Origin: Asterionella formosa
Taxonomy: Eukaryota
Reading direction: 5' to 3'
DNA length: 56,196 bases
NCBI GenBank assembly: GCA_002256025.1
Contig: NKIB01013511.1
Span: 1 to 56,196, forward strand
Shown here: positions 21,345 through 32,030 of the stretch, in pieces
How the letters are laid out: each line of letters begins with the position of its first letter
Position numbering within the stretch: position 1 is the first letter of the stretch
Notes under the pieces: generated by a model
The model's database searches: none
What the model saw: only the letters and a program-made list of their open reading frames with translations
Told to the model about the DNA's origin: nothing
Position numbers and translations under genes: made by a program

Positions 21345-22605
21345 ATGTCTGACTTTGACGCTCAAGCCGCGAGGGCGATTCCTGCTGAGGTGAGAAAAGC
21401 AAGATGACTCTTGCCGGAAGATACGCTGTTATTATTTGTCCGACAAACTAAGAGTCTGACTTCGTTTGTTCCTAATGGGCAACGCTGCGACATGATTAGA
21501 TTTACTCTCGTTCCGTTTCTATTTTGATCTGGTCCTCATTTCGTTTGCACTCTTTGTTTATTATGCTAGGTGCACATGATTTCTGGATCTCATGATACTC
21601 AAACCTCTGCGGATGTTTCCAACGTGGGAACCTTTCGACTACCAGATCCGGCGGGCCGGGCTGGAGGTGCCTGCACTTCCGCATTGCTCCAGGTATTGCA
21701 CAACAAGCCAGAATCACAATCTATTTCCTGGGTCGGTTTGCTGCGAGCCATGAGACAAGTATTGCTGAACATGGGATTTGATCAAGTCCCTCAATTGACC
21801 TCGTCTCGTTTCATTGATGTGAATAAGGATTTTCAAATTTGTCCCCCGACGTCCAAGGGAACCAAACGAGCTGTGTTGATTGGAATCAATTATACCGGAC
21901 AGCAGGGACAGCTTTCGGGTTGTCACAACGATGTAGGAAATATATTTAGCTACTTGAAGGTACGACAACTTTTTGCGAAACGAAGCTCATGCTACTACTC
22001 GTGTCGCAACGACTAATGCCTGAATATCGCAGGACAAGCAAGGGTTCGCGGAAAGCAACTGCTTGGTCTTAATGGACAATAAAACGAACCATAGTCCAAC
22101 CAAGGAGAACATTATGAATGCCTTTGCTAGAATCACGCAGTATGCTGTGGCAGGAGATATTGTCTTTGTGCATTATTCTGGTGAGTTGTTGTGCGCACAA
22201 AATGGATGTGTCCCTAGTCACACATGATGCGCCTTTCTTACGTGAAACTCCAATCATTATCATTACACAGGCCATGGAGGTCGCCTTCGCGATGACAATG
22301 GTGACGAGGATGATGGCTATGATGAAACATTGGTTCCAGTGGATTTTCAAAGAAATGGACAAATTCGCGATGACGACATTCTCAAAACTTTGGTCCGACC
22401 CCTAAAGGCGGGAGTCGTCATGACTTGTTTGATGGATTGTTGCCACTCGGGTACTGTTTTGGATTTGCCATATCGATTCACAGCCGATGGTGATGTGATG
22501 AAACGTAACGACAGCATTAACTTTGACAATCTCATGGGAAGTCCTGAGTCAGCGATTGGATGTCTTCTTTGTCTTTATTGTCTTTTTGAACAGTTCTTTA
22601 ATTAA
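21345..22605 (+). CDS. Type III metacaspase (p10 before p20), 4 exons: 21345-21389, 21570-21959, 22033-22180, 22271-22605 (305 aa)
   Basis: p10 motifs [30 protein letters not shown] precede p20 motifs [23 protein letters not shown] (catalytic His) and [14 protein letters not shown] (catalytic Cys); three GT-AG introns keep the frame. Confidence 0.93.
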
Positions 22606-22739
22606 TACTGTGAAAAGGAATTCGAATTTGTGGTACATGTGGAATGGCGGCGTTGTGGAATTGGCGATACACGGCAAGTGGACCACAGTAGGTGCTGGAG
22701 TTTAGTGTTATTAAGAGGCAGTATTAAAATATCTATTGT

Positions 22740-23272
22740 TTAGGTTGACGAGTGTTCTCCTGGACTCTTGGGAGGCAAGCTTCCATCACCTCCGCGACAA
22801 GCTGGACTTGGTTCAATGGATTGACCTGTCTCCATCATGGTTTGCCATTGCGCTGGTGTTTTGGCTACAATACTTAGCGCGTGAACAGGTCCATCTAACT
22901 CTTCCTTTAGGATGGCATTCACTCTTCGATGTCTAGCCAACGGTGTCGCCAACGTGGTAAATTCCTCCGAAACGATCACCACTTTGAAGTGTGTTTCTGA
23001 ATTCTTTGGTCTGTTCCAACAAAAGGCAAATAGAAAGTGAGACAAGATATATATCTGCCAAGCACAATCCCTATCCCCCCACCCAATGAGCTAACCGACA
23101 CTCACACGTTGTGCATGTGGGATTCATTCATGACTTGCAAGTGCAATGGCTTCAGTTGAGTCGACAGCTTCGTTTGAATTGCAGCTGTGACGGGATATTG
23201 GGCTTCCGCCGACATTCTGCGGCCGAACTGATGGAGGCTCCGAGCTAAAGAACGCTGGCTGCTTGAGATCAT
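22740..23272 (-). CDS. BOLA1: BolA-like protein (BolA1 type, probable mitochondrial presequence), 2 exons: 23272-23106, 23010-22740 (145 aa)
   Basis: NESHMHNV|PKNSETHFKVVIVSEEF, RHRRVNAIL, VHALSIVAKTP, SPACRGG; phase-2 intron GTGAGT...ACAG at 23105-23011. Confidence 0.92.
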
Positions 23273-23785
23273 AGGATGATGCGGGACGAAGTTATTGTCT
23301 ACTATTCTCCAAGTCGAAGCAACAGAAACGAGATGCTGACATGAAGTGGTGAGTAGTGATAGTGGGATGGGCAGAATGAGAAGCAACGATAGTGTTTTTG
23401 TAGAAGTTTTGTGTAAAGAAGATCTTTGTTGGAACGTATATATTTTCGCTATGATTCGAAAATATTGGGAGTACTGTATGTAAAATGCACATCCAAGTTT
23501 CTTTTCTCACATGGGTGGAGCAGGCTCTTTCTTTTATGTATGTCACGAGTAGATTTGACCCGGGAATGAAGCCCAGCCAAGGGATCTATGGCTGAATGGA
23601 GATTACCGGAACCGGTACCGGTAGTCTACTATGTATAGATGTCAGCATTTATACATATGGGCGACTGCGACTGCGACGACGAGAAGGAAGATATATTTCC
23701 TTTTCTCCTCATGAAATCAATATACCAGGTAGGTATAACAGTAGTCTGCTTAAAGTCTCTGAATTAATTGTAAACTCCCACCGCC

Positions 23786-26437
23786 ATGGTCAAATGGGGC
23801 AAAAGCAGGAAGAAGCGCCAGGCGCAAAATCGAGAAAAGTCCACTCCCTCCAACAACGTGTTGCACGGAAAGGAAAAGGAATCCTACTCGCTCACTTGGC
23901 AGACGAACCGCAAGCTAGAAGCCTTCTATGCGGTGCAGGGGCTGCATGATACGTTCTATGACGAAGCGACAAAAACGTTCAAGGCATGCAAAACCAACTC
24001 GGACCGGGAAGCCGAGCGCGTCAATTGGCTGGACACCTTGCGACGCATCTTGCCAGCGTCCTTTCGACTGGGACAAGACCTGGACCCGCTCGTGAGGGAC
24101 AAGCTAGAAAAGGAAATAGACGAAATGGTGGGAAAGGAGATGGAACTTAGTATCGAACAAAAGCCGAAACGAAAAAAGACTCTGCAAGAAAAGGAAGCCG
24201 AGGACGCTGTGAAAGCAGGCGGTGAAGTGGCAGCTGTCCAAGAGGCACAAAATGAAGTCATTACCAAGACGTTTGCCCCGGCTCGCAAGATACCGTTCGT
24301 ACCCTTTGCTTACCAACTCAGTGTGGATCGAATCACCATCAAGAAGAATCCTGCTCTCACTCATTTCCACGAATGGCTCAAGGTGCAAACGCATGCTGGC
24401 TTTGTTACTCGTCAAGAAACGGTCAGCATGATCCCCCCGGTCGTATTGTCCATCGAAAACCACCACGCTGTCTTGGATATGTGTGCTGCACCGGGAAGCA
24501 AGACATCTCAAATGTTGGAGATTGTTTCTCAACAAATCCCGGGTCAGCGCGAACCCACCGGCTGCATTGTGGCCAATGACGCTGATCCGAAACGAGCGTA
24601 CATGCTTGTGCATCAATTGAAGCGCATAAATAGTCCTGTTGCCTTTGTTGTCAGTTGTGATGCTCAATTCTTTCCCACGCTTAAGGATGAAATTGGAGAA
24701 GGGTCGTTTGATCGTGTCTTGGCGGATGTTCCTTGTTCTGGGGATGGGACCATGAGAAAGAATGCGGCTGTCTGGAAACAATGGAGTTGTCTAAATGCAT
24801 ATGCTCTACATTCTGTGCAACTTAGTATTGCCTTAAATGGCGCTAGATTGACTAAAGTGGGAGGTTATATTTGCTATTCAACGTGCTCGATGAATCCAAT
24901 TGAAAATGAAGCCGTCGTGGCAGAACTCTTGCGACTTGCAGATGGGGCACTCGAGCTGGTTGACCCCAGACCTGATATGCCCGGCCTTATTGCTCGACCT
25001 GGTTGGAACAAGTGGACGGTAATCCGTGAAGAAAAGGTTCGACGCGAAGAAAAGAATAAAGCCAAGAAGACAAATAGCAAAATGCAAGCAAAGAGAAAGG
25101 CATGGGAAGAGAAACAAGCAAAAGAAAGCACTGAGCAGAACGAGCTCTTGGTCAATGACACAGTGGATGAAGCCTCACCAGCCAACATGGAGGATGTAAC
25201 AATATCGGAGCTTGAGACGACTGAGGATAACAAAGTAAATGATACAGTGGACGAAACATCACCAACCAACATGGTGGAAGTTATAAAAACTGACCCTGAA
25301 AAGTTTGAGGCTGACCAGAGAAACGTTGAGCTTGGACCTCCGCCATCATGGGACTATGAAGCGTTGAAGGCAAGAGCCAAGGATGAGGGCTTGATTGAAT
25401 ACGAATCATTTGAGCATGTTGAGGAACTATGGCAAAAGAAGATTCGACAGTCATGTTTCCCTCCAACAGAAGCAGAAGCCTCTACTTTCGGTCTTGAAAA
25501 ATGTTTGCGATGCCTCCCGCATGACATGGACACTGGAGGTTTCTTTGTCGCTCTTCTGAAAAAGGTCAAACCAATTGGTATGAAGGCGAGAAAACGAGCC
25601 ATCGCCTTGGCTCGTGAGCTTCGTCCTGATGTGATGGACGATGAAGGTAATGTTGCTGTCCCTCCTAAGGCAAAACGAGCGAAACTTGATGAAGCGCAAA
25701 ACGACAATGACACCGACGAACTTGCATCGACAGATGGTGTCGTGGGTAAAATTGTGAAGCAAACCAGCGTCAACAACACGCGCGACAAGAAAAGAACACG
25801 TGGGGATAATGGAAATGAAGATTTTTTGGTCAACGATGATGCAGTCTGGCCACCTTTGGTTGAGTTTTATGGCCTTTCGGATGACTTCCCGAAGAATCAG
25901 TATATGTGCCGGTCAAATTCAAACTCTAAGATTCTGTACTTTGTTGGCAAGCCAGTCTCCGATCTGATGGGAAGGGGCATGCAGGATCGGCTTACCATTA
26001 TCAACGCAGGATTGAAAGGATTCGAACGTAATAACAAGGACGTTGGAGCAGAATACCGCATCACTCAAGAAAGCATTCAGTACCTTGTGCCCTACATGAC
26101 AAAGCGAAAGATAACGGGAGTCAATGTCAAAGATTTTGAATTGTGTTTGCAAGCCGGCGCTATTCGACTTGTCACCTTTTCTGAGAGATTTGCCAGTCAA
26201 GTACGAGAATTGATCCCCGGGTCGTTTGTTGTTCAGCTATCCGGGTTTGAGGATGATGTCGCAAAGAAATTGACGATTGTCATGTGGAAATGTAGAGGTG
26301 ATTCGGTGAATTGTCTTGTTGCCAAAATAGAAATTGATGGTATGAAAAGTAAGCTCCGAGCAGTCAAGGAGTTGATGGGCTGGGCAGATGATGTGGTTTC
26401 GTCAGAAGAAGCTGACAAAACGACTCAAGCGGTGTAG
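23786..26437 (+). CDS. NSUN2: tRNA (cytosine-C5)-methyltransferase, NSUN2/Trm4 family (883 aa)
   Basis: RQETVSMIPP, VLDMCAAPGSKT, FDRVLADVPCSGDGT, YSTCSMNPIENEAVV, DTGGFFVA. Confidence 0.95.
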   Translation: MVKWGKSRKKRQAQNREKSTPSNNVLHGKEKESYSLTWQTNRKLEAFYAVQGLHDTFYDEATKTFKACKTNSDREAERVNWLDTLRRILPASFRLGQDLDPLVRDKLEKEIDEMVGKEMELSIEQKPKRKKTLQEKEAEDAVKAGGEVAAVQEAQNEVITKTFAPARKIPFVPFAYQLSVDRITIKKNPALTHFHEWLKVQTHAGFVTRQETVSMIPPVVLSIENHHAVLDMCAAPGSKTSQMLEIVSQQIPGQREPTGCIVANDADPKRAYMLVHQLKRINSPVAFVVSCDAQFFPTLKDEIGEGSFDRVLADVPCSGDGTMRKNAAVWKQWSCLNAYALHSVQLSIALNGARLTKVGGYICYSTCSMNPIENEAVVAELLRLADGALELVDPRPDMPGLIARPGWNKWTVIREEKVRREEKNKAKKTNSKMQAKRKAWEEKQAKESTEQNELLVNDTVDEASPANMEDVTISELETTEDNKVNDTVDETSPTNMVEVIKTDPEKFEADQRNVELGPPPSWDYEALKARAKDEGLIEYESFEHVEELWQKKIRQSCFPPTEAEASTFGLEKCLRCLPHDMDTGGFFVALLKKVKPIGMKARKRAIALARELRPDVMDDEGNVAVPPKAKRAKLDEAQNDNDTDELASTDGVVGKIVKQTSVNNTRDKKRTRGDNGNEDFLVNDDAVWPPLVEFYGLSDDFPKNQYMCRSNSNSKILYFVGKPVSDLMGRGMQDRLTIINAGLKGFERNNKDVGAEYRITQESIQYLVPYMTKRKITGVNVKDFELCLQAGAIRLVTFSERFASQVRELIPGSFVVQLSGFEDDVAKKLTIVMWKCRGDSVNCLVAKIEIDGMKSKLRAVKELMGWADDVVSSEEADKTTQAV

Positions 26438-26490
26438 TAAAATAATTCAGTACCCTGCGAATAAATTCTTTTCCCATAATTGTGAATTTC

Positions 26491-28119
26491 TTATTTTACC
26501 AATAGTACACAAATGTCGGCCACATTTGTTCCTGTTGCGCCTGTTCGGATGAGTGGTATGTGACCGTCATCGTCGAATTGGTCCAAATATGTATATGCAT
26601 CGTGACGAGATAGAGCGTCGGCAACTGAACCTTTCATTCGATCGACAGTTGCACCATCGACCACAGCCCCGGCGGCATCTGTGGGACCATCTGTGCCATC
26701 GGTTCCAACACTAGCTAACACAACATTTCTGAGTTTTAGTGAATGGAGTTGTTGAGCGGCTACCAATGCCAATTCCTGATTACGTCCACCTTTGCCATCA
26801 TGATTCGTAAGTGTTACAGTAGTTTCTCCCCCGGAGATCAATGCTGCAGGAAGTTTTGCGAGTCCATATTTGGTGCCGCCGTGCTGCAGTTGATGCGCCA
26901 TGGCCACGTAGACGCCAGCAACGTCACGAGCCTCACCTTCCACCCTAGTCCCTATAATGACTGGATTGTATCCTCTGGAAGATGCCTCATCTGCGGCAGC
27001 AATAACTGCAAGTTCATTGTTGCCAACTAGAATAGTTTTGCAGTTTTGAAATACAGAATCATTGTCGGTTGGATTACAATTTGTGACGCAGTTAACGAGA
27101 CCGTGGTGGAGCAGTTCCATTACTGAATCCGGCAGGAGTAGCTGGTTCTCTTGTACGATTCGCATGGCATCTTGAAATGTAGTAGGATCCGGGAATGTGG
27201 GACCGCTGGCAATCAAATCCAAAGGGTCACCCAGAATATCTGACAAAACCAAGGTTAGGAGTTTGGCTGGGTATGCTGCTGCTGCCAGACCCCCACCCTT
27301 GCCAGCTTCCAACCTCTTCCGAATGACATTCATTGCACGTATTGGCATTCCTGATTTCAGAAGCACCTCATTCGTGACAATTAAATCATGCAATGAAAGT
27401 GGCTCTGTGGGAGTACAGAATAGGGAAGATCCACCGCCACTAATGCAACAAATTACCAAAGTTTGAGGCGATGCCTCATGAGCTAGTCGCATAATGTTCC
27501 GACCAGCTTCCACTGATCGGTCATCCGGTACTGGATGTGACGCCTCCATCAGTCTAATGTCTGGATATTGGCGAAGTGTCTGAATTTCTTCTTCGGAAGT
27601 ATGATTGTCCTTGACGACGACAACGCCATATATGGGTAGTTTCGGAAACGCTTGCTCCAATCGATGAATTGTCGAGACTGCCATGGCGGACGATGCCTTT
27701 CCAAATGAAATCAATAGGACGGATTCAAATTCGCTGGCTCGATATATCTGGTCTTCCACAGAAAGGGATGCAACGTCTTGGCCGTTCCCTTTCAGTAGGT
27801 GCGTTTGAACGGCTTGATATGGATTGACAGCATCAATGGCCTTTTGTATCATAGCCAATGCGTCGTCTGTCATTTGAATTTCTTCGGCTGATCGTTGGAA
27901 CGACGAGGATCGATGTTGACTCAGTCGGGAGTTGCATGGCTTCTTCATGGCAGGCAACGATGGTCGCAGCGAATATGCGGCGGTTGACATAATATTGGAC
28001 GATGAAACGACGGTGGCGGCTGCCACGCTTGTGGCGCAGCACCAATACGACAAGGATTGTCGTTTCTTGGACACGCGAGACATGCTACTTGACGATCCCA
28101 TGATGATTGCTCGAAGCAT
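26491..28119 (-). CDS. GLYCTK: Glycerate kinase, class II (GLYCTK/MOFRL family) with an N-terminal targeting-like extension
   Basis: ISFGKAS, ASHPVPD, ISGGGSSL, KGGGLA, LSDILGDPLDLIASGPT, SGGETTV, GGRNQE, GTDGTDGPTDAAGA, TGTNVAD. Confidence 0.95.
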   Translation of the reverse strand: MLRAIIMGSSSSMSRVSKKRQSLSYWCCATSVAAATVVSSSNIMSTAAYSLRPSLPAMKKPCNSRLSQHRSSSFQRSAEEIQMTDDALAMIQKAIDAVNPYQAVQTHLLKGNGQDVASLSVEDQIYRASEFESVLLISFGKASSAMAVSTIHRLEQAFPKLPIYGVVVVKDNHTSEEEIQTLRQYPDIRLMEASHPVPDDRSVEAGRNIMRLAHEASPQTLVICCISGGGSSLFCTPTEPLSLHDLIVTNEVLLKSGMPIRAMNVIRKRLEAGKGGGLAAAAYPAKLLTLVLSDILGDPLDLIASGPTFPDPTTFQDAMRIVQENQLLLPDSVMELLHHGLVNCVTNCNPTDNDSVFQNCKTILVGNNELAVIAAADEASSRGYNPVIIGTRVEGEARDVAGVYVAMAHQLQHGGTKYGLAKLPAALISGGETTVTLTNHDGKGGRNQELALVAAQQLHSLKLRNVVLASVGTDGTDGPTDAAGAVVDGATVDRMKGSVADALSRHDAYTYLDQFDDDGHIPLIRTGATGTNVADICVLLVK

Positions 28120-28808
28120 TTCATTCAGGAAGTCACCACACTACCGGTATCATATACACTACCGGTATTTGCTTACTGTTTATACCGTATAGATTGATAG
28201 ATGTATAATAGACGCGACCCGAAGGACGTGATTCATGATTGTAAGCACGAGGGGTTTGTGATGTATTTTAGATCCAATTAATTAGCCTACCCTGGTATCA
28301 TCAGGTTGTGCCGGTATGTTGTCTTTATTTATACCGATGCTTGTGTTGCTGTACCTGGTAGCCTAATACGGTACCAGTACTACCATCCACTACCACCTAC
28401 TACTACAAGATACCGGTATGGCAGTGTAAATACCGGTACCCGGTATGATGCTGCGTATCATAAAAAAGAAGAAGGACGAGCAATGGCTGAAGATGATCAA
28501 ATCATCAGCCATATATACCATAGCTATGATGACATTGTTTGCCTTCATACCTGCCCTTGGTGTAGGAAAGCAATGTGATAGACTTGTAAAAGTGAGAACT
28601 ACCTGCAAAAAATCAACAATTTAATCTGGGATAAAGATAGCTAAATCTTTAGTGCAGCAAAATTACCGCAACTTGCTGGTAGGAGCACCTGGTACCACCA
28701 GGTACCGGTACGTTCAACAATAATAACTGTTGACTTGTCGGTATTCACAGAAGTAAAATAAATCAGCACTGTACTATACAACTGTAACACTATCATCCTT
28801 CATTGAAC

Positions 28809-29684
28809 ATGGCGTCCCTCATCAGTCGACCCATCTCCATTTTGAAAAAGTCTGCTCAATCTGCCTTTCGGGGCGGCCTTGCCGGCGCCATTGCCATGGT
28901 GCTACAGGTGGTCCTCTTGATGTGGCTCAGAACAGTCATCAATTGGCAGTATCGGTATGGCGGTACCATTGGTGAAGCATTCACTGCGTTGTATGCACAG
29001 GGGGGCATTGCTCGATTCTATCAAGGCGCGGCATTTGCACTTCTGCAAGGTCCCTTGTCAAGGTTCGGAGATACTGCGGCCAATGAAGGTGTCAAGGTAC
29101 TATTGAGCGGGTATTCATTGTCGGTGGTAACATTCGTTGCCTCGTTCACTGCGGCACTGTGGAGGATAATATTAACACCCGTCGATACCATCAAGACCAC
29201 GCTACAAGTTACTGGGACTCAAGGATTTGATTTGTTAAAGCAAAAGGTAGTAAAGCATGGGATTTTTGTCTTGTACGATGGGGCGCTTGGGAATTGGGGG
29301 GCCAATATGGTGGGACATTATCCGTGGTTTGTAGTCAACAACCACTTGGAAAAAATCATCCCCAAGGCCGACTCTCCAAGACTAAAATTGATACGGCGAG
29401 CATTCATTGGATTCTGTTCATCTGTGGTATCGGACTGTTGTTCCAATGGTATTCGAGTAGTCAAGACGTTCAAGCAAACGTCAGATATACATATGTCGTA
29501 CTTCGAGGCTGCTAGTCGTTTGGTCGAATCCTCTGGAATCATAGGCTTGCTATTCAGAGGACTTGGAATTAAACTGCTCTCCAATGCCCTGTCTTCCATC
29601 ATTTTTTCAGTGCTTTGGAAAATGATAATGGAACACCTTGAAGAACGGAAAGAGAAACAAGAACTAGTTGCTAAATCAGAATAG
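28809..29684 (+). CDS. Mitochondrial carrier (SLC25) family protein
   Basis: Three-fold repeat with carrier-type signatures (WLRTVINWQ, PVDTIKTTLQ, GIRVVKTFKQ) and GGIARFYQG / LYDG / LLFRG motifs; ATG at 28809. Confidence 0.9.
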   Translation: MASLISRPISILKKSAQSAFRGGLAGAIAMVLQVVLLMWLRTVINWQYRYGGTIGEAFTALYAQGGIARFYQGAAFALLQGPLSRFGDTAANEGVKVLLSGYSLSVVTFVASFTAALWRIILTPVDTIKTTLQVTGTQGFDLLKQKVVKHGIFVLYDGALGNWGANMVGHYPWFVVNNHLEKIIPKADSPRLKLIRRAFIGFCSSVVSDCCSNGIRVVKTFKQTSDIHMSYFEAASRLVESSGIIGLLFRGLGIKLLSNALSSIIFSVLWKMIMEHLEERKEKQELVAKSE

Positions 29685-29840
29685 TTTCATTCGTTTTCTT
29701 CTTGCTGGAGTTATATCAAGATTTCGACGCCGTAACATGGAGATCCCTTGACACTGGGATCAGTCATTCTACACCTAGAATTGACATTTTTGCCCTTTGT
29801 CTACTAAATATATATTTTTAAATTCAACTGTCCAACTCAT

Positions 29841-31196
29841 CTACACGTGGACTTGAGAATCGAATTGTTGAGTAAGATTATCAACATCGTCATCGTCACT
29901 TTCATCGTCACTTTCATCGTCCTCCTCGTCATTGGCGTCACTATCTAAATCGTCATCCTTGTCATCGTCGTCATTGTTCTCCATTTCTATCAATTTTTCA
30001 CCAAAAGCTTCTCGGAGCTGATCGACGACGTCTTCTGGAAAACCATTGTCATCCACGTGTAACTCCTTCAAGAACGGAAATTTACCAGCATTGTCAATCA
30101 ACGACATTGCACCTCTAGTCCCAATCATGTTTTCACCTAGTTTCAAAATTTCCAGTACAGTATTCCCTTCTTGAAATGCTCCCATCAAGGATTCAACACC
30201 AGTGCTTGTCAGCTCATTAGAGGATAGATTCAGAACCTTGAGACTAGTAGTATTTCCCTTCACCAGGTCCTTGATTGCCTTATCCACAGTCATTTTGGTG
30301 ACTTCGTTCTGTGGAATCTCAAAGGATTGCAGAGTGTGTCGCTTCAAGGACTTGCACAACAGCTTTGTTCCCTTACTTTCCAGAGCAGCGTCATAAAGCG
30401 TCACATGAGTCAACTGGGAAAAGTTTTGGAAAGCTAGAGTCAAAGTCCCAATAGGATCTAGACTTTCATCCTTTCCATAGCTCCCTTCTAGACGAACAGT
30501 TGTCAGTGTATCACAATTCTGGCTGCACTTCAAGACCCCATTGGCAATAGATTGACAGCCAATCGGCTGAGGTCGACATCCCTCGTAACGAAATGATTGA
30601 AGCTTGCGACAACGTGCAACAATGGTTCCCACGGCGCGTGCGCCACCGATGCCACTCATATTGTTGAAGAAATGTAGCAATGTCAAACGGTCACAGACAC
30701 AGGTGTCATCATCGTCTTCTTCTAGGAGTATTTCAGCCAATTGCTTCATGCAATCTTCATCAAGGCCGTTATTCTCCATGTAGAGTCGCTCTAACGTTTT
30801 GCATTTGAGAAGTGTTTGAAAAGACACCAAATCAAGCCCCTGCTTCCCAATGGCGTTGTCGGACACATTGAGTTCAACGAGCGGCACATCCTTGAATAGC
30901 GTGGCAAAGCCACCCAAGACTTGCAAGCCTTTCTCCGTTGGTAGTGATGCAATTATATCATTGAGGTGAGCTACGGTGCAACGGGATAGTTTGTCGCTCA
31001 AGAATTGTACTAGGATTGGCACAGATTCAGGGTCGTAGACTCGGTCATGGAAGTCCACGGTTTCAATAAAGGAGCCTGGTTTCTCCGCTAGCTGTGCTTG
31101 CCATTGTTCTACCAATGCATTGGCACGTTCTGCGTCCATTCGATCAGTCCGAAGACCTGGATTCGAAAGAGTCACAGGGGTGGAAGGCATCGTCAT
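29841..31196 (-). CDS. RANGAP1: Ran GTPase-activating protein 1 (LRR domain plus acidic tail)
   Basis: RNI-like LRRs (LNVSDNAIGKQG, LYMENNGL, LHFFNNMSGIGGA, LNLSSNEL, LKLGENMIG, LHVDDNGF) followed by a D/E-rich tail. Confidence 0.88.
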   Translation of the reverse strand: MTMPSTPVTLSNPGLRTDRMDAERANALVEQWQAQLAEKPGSFIETVDFHDRVYDPESVPILVQFLSDKLSRCTVAHLNDIIASLPTEKGLQVLGGFATLFKDVPLVELNVSDNAIGKQGLDLVSFQTLLKCKTLERLYMENNGLDEDCMKQLAEILLEEDDDDTCVCDRLTLLHFFNNMSGIGGARAVGTIVARCRKLQSFRYEGCRPQPIGCQSIANGVLKCSQNCDTLTTVRLEGSYGKDESLDPIGTLTLAFQNFSQLTHVTLYDAALESKGTKLLCKSLKRHTLQSFEIPQNEVTKMTVDKAIKDLVKGNTTSLKVLNLSSNELTSTGVESLMGAFQEGNTVLEILKLGENMIGTRGAMSLIDNAGKFPFLKELHVDDNGFPEDVVDQLREAFGEKLIEMENNDDDDKDDDLDSDANDEEDDESDDESDDDDVDNLTQQFDSQVHV

Positions 31197-31417
31197 GGTT
31201 TCGAAAAATTTATGAATTTTTGATTTTGCGCTTCAAAGGTCGCTTTGCTTCGCCCTAGGCTGGAAATGTGTGGTCTCGTGCGTTGTGCGTGATTTGTGCG
31301 TGCTATTGTGATCCATGCTGATTGTTTGTCGTCGCTCCAGGTTATTTCAGTTCTTGAATACCGGTATTATGGGCGCGCTTCGAAATTAAAAAAATATTAT
31401 TGCATGCTTTGTTTGAA

Positions 31418-31651
31418 GGTTGCGGCCCTCGGCTTAACCCTAGTTTGGAGAAAACGTCGCTAGGGTTGTTAAAACGGCATGGAACAGGGAGTTTGCTGCT
31501 ATGAATTCCCATGATTTGAGTGTCGATTTGAATATTTGAATATTTGAATTTAATTGGAGTCGGCGCCAGATAGATAGAGTTCCATTTTAAACAAACAAAA
31601 ATGATATTTGAACGTTTATACTATATGTACGTTGCTGCTGTATGTAGACAT
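31418..31651 (+). mobile_element. Left end of the Kolobok-like TTAA element
   Basis: GGTTGCGGCCC start after TGAA; close match to 15908-16131. Confidence 0.7.
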
Positions 31652-31800
31652 AATTTTGCTCCATGCCAACAAAACACATGTAGTCATTTCGAATGACACT
31701 TGTTTGAACTCAAAAAGGTTCACTGTTTCCTCTTGACTCATACCAAAGCCAAATATATAGCGATATGGCATGCGCCACTGGTGTCCAGGTTTTAATGGAA

Positions 31801-32030
31801 GTCATTTCGAATGACGCTTGTTCAAATTCAAAAAGGTGCACTGTTTCCTCTTGACTCGCCAAATACATAGCGATATGGTATGCGCCGCCACTGGTCAAGG
31901 TAAAGACAGCTGCCAAGGCGACTCTGGTGCTGGGCCGCTGATTGTTTCCGGAAATGATTTTTCAAGCGATATTCTTGTTGGCGTGGTGAGCTGGGGATAT
32001 GGATGGGCTATACCCGGATTCCCATGAGTA
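31801..32030 (+). pseudogene. Trypsin-like serine protease C-terminal fragment
   Basis: [19 protein letters not shown]...[10 protein letters not shown]...GFP* carries the catalytic Ser motif; His/Asp half missing; premature stop; preceded by a partial duplicate (31683-31790). Confidence 0.8.
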
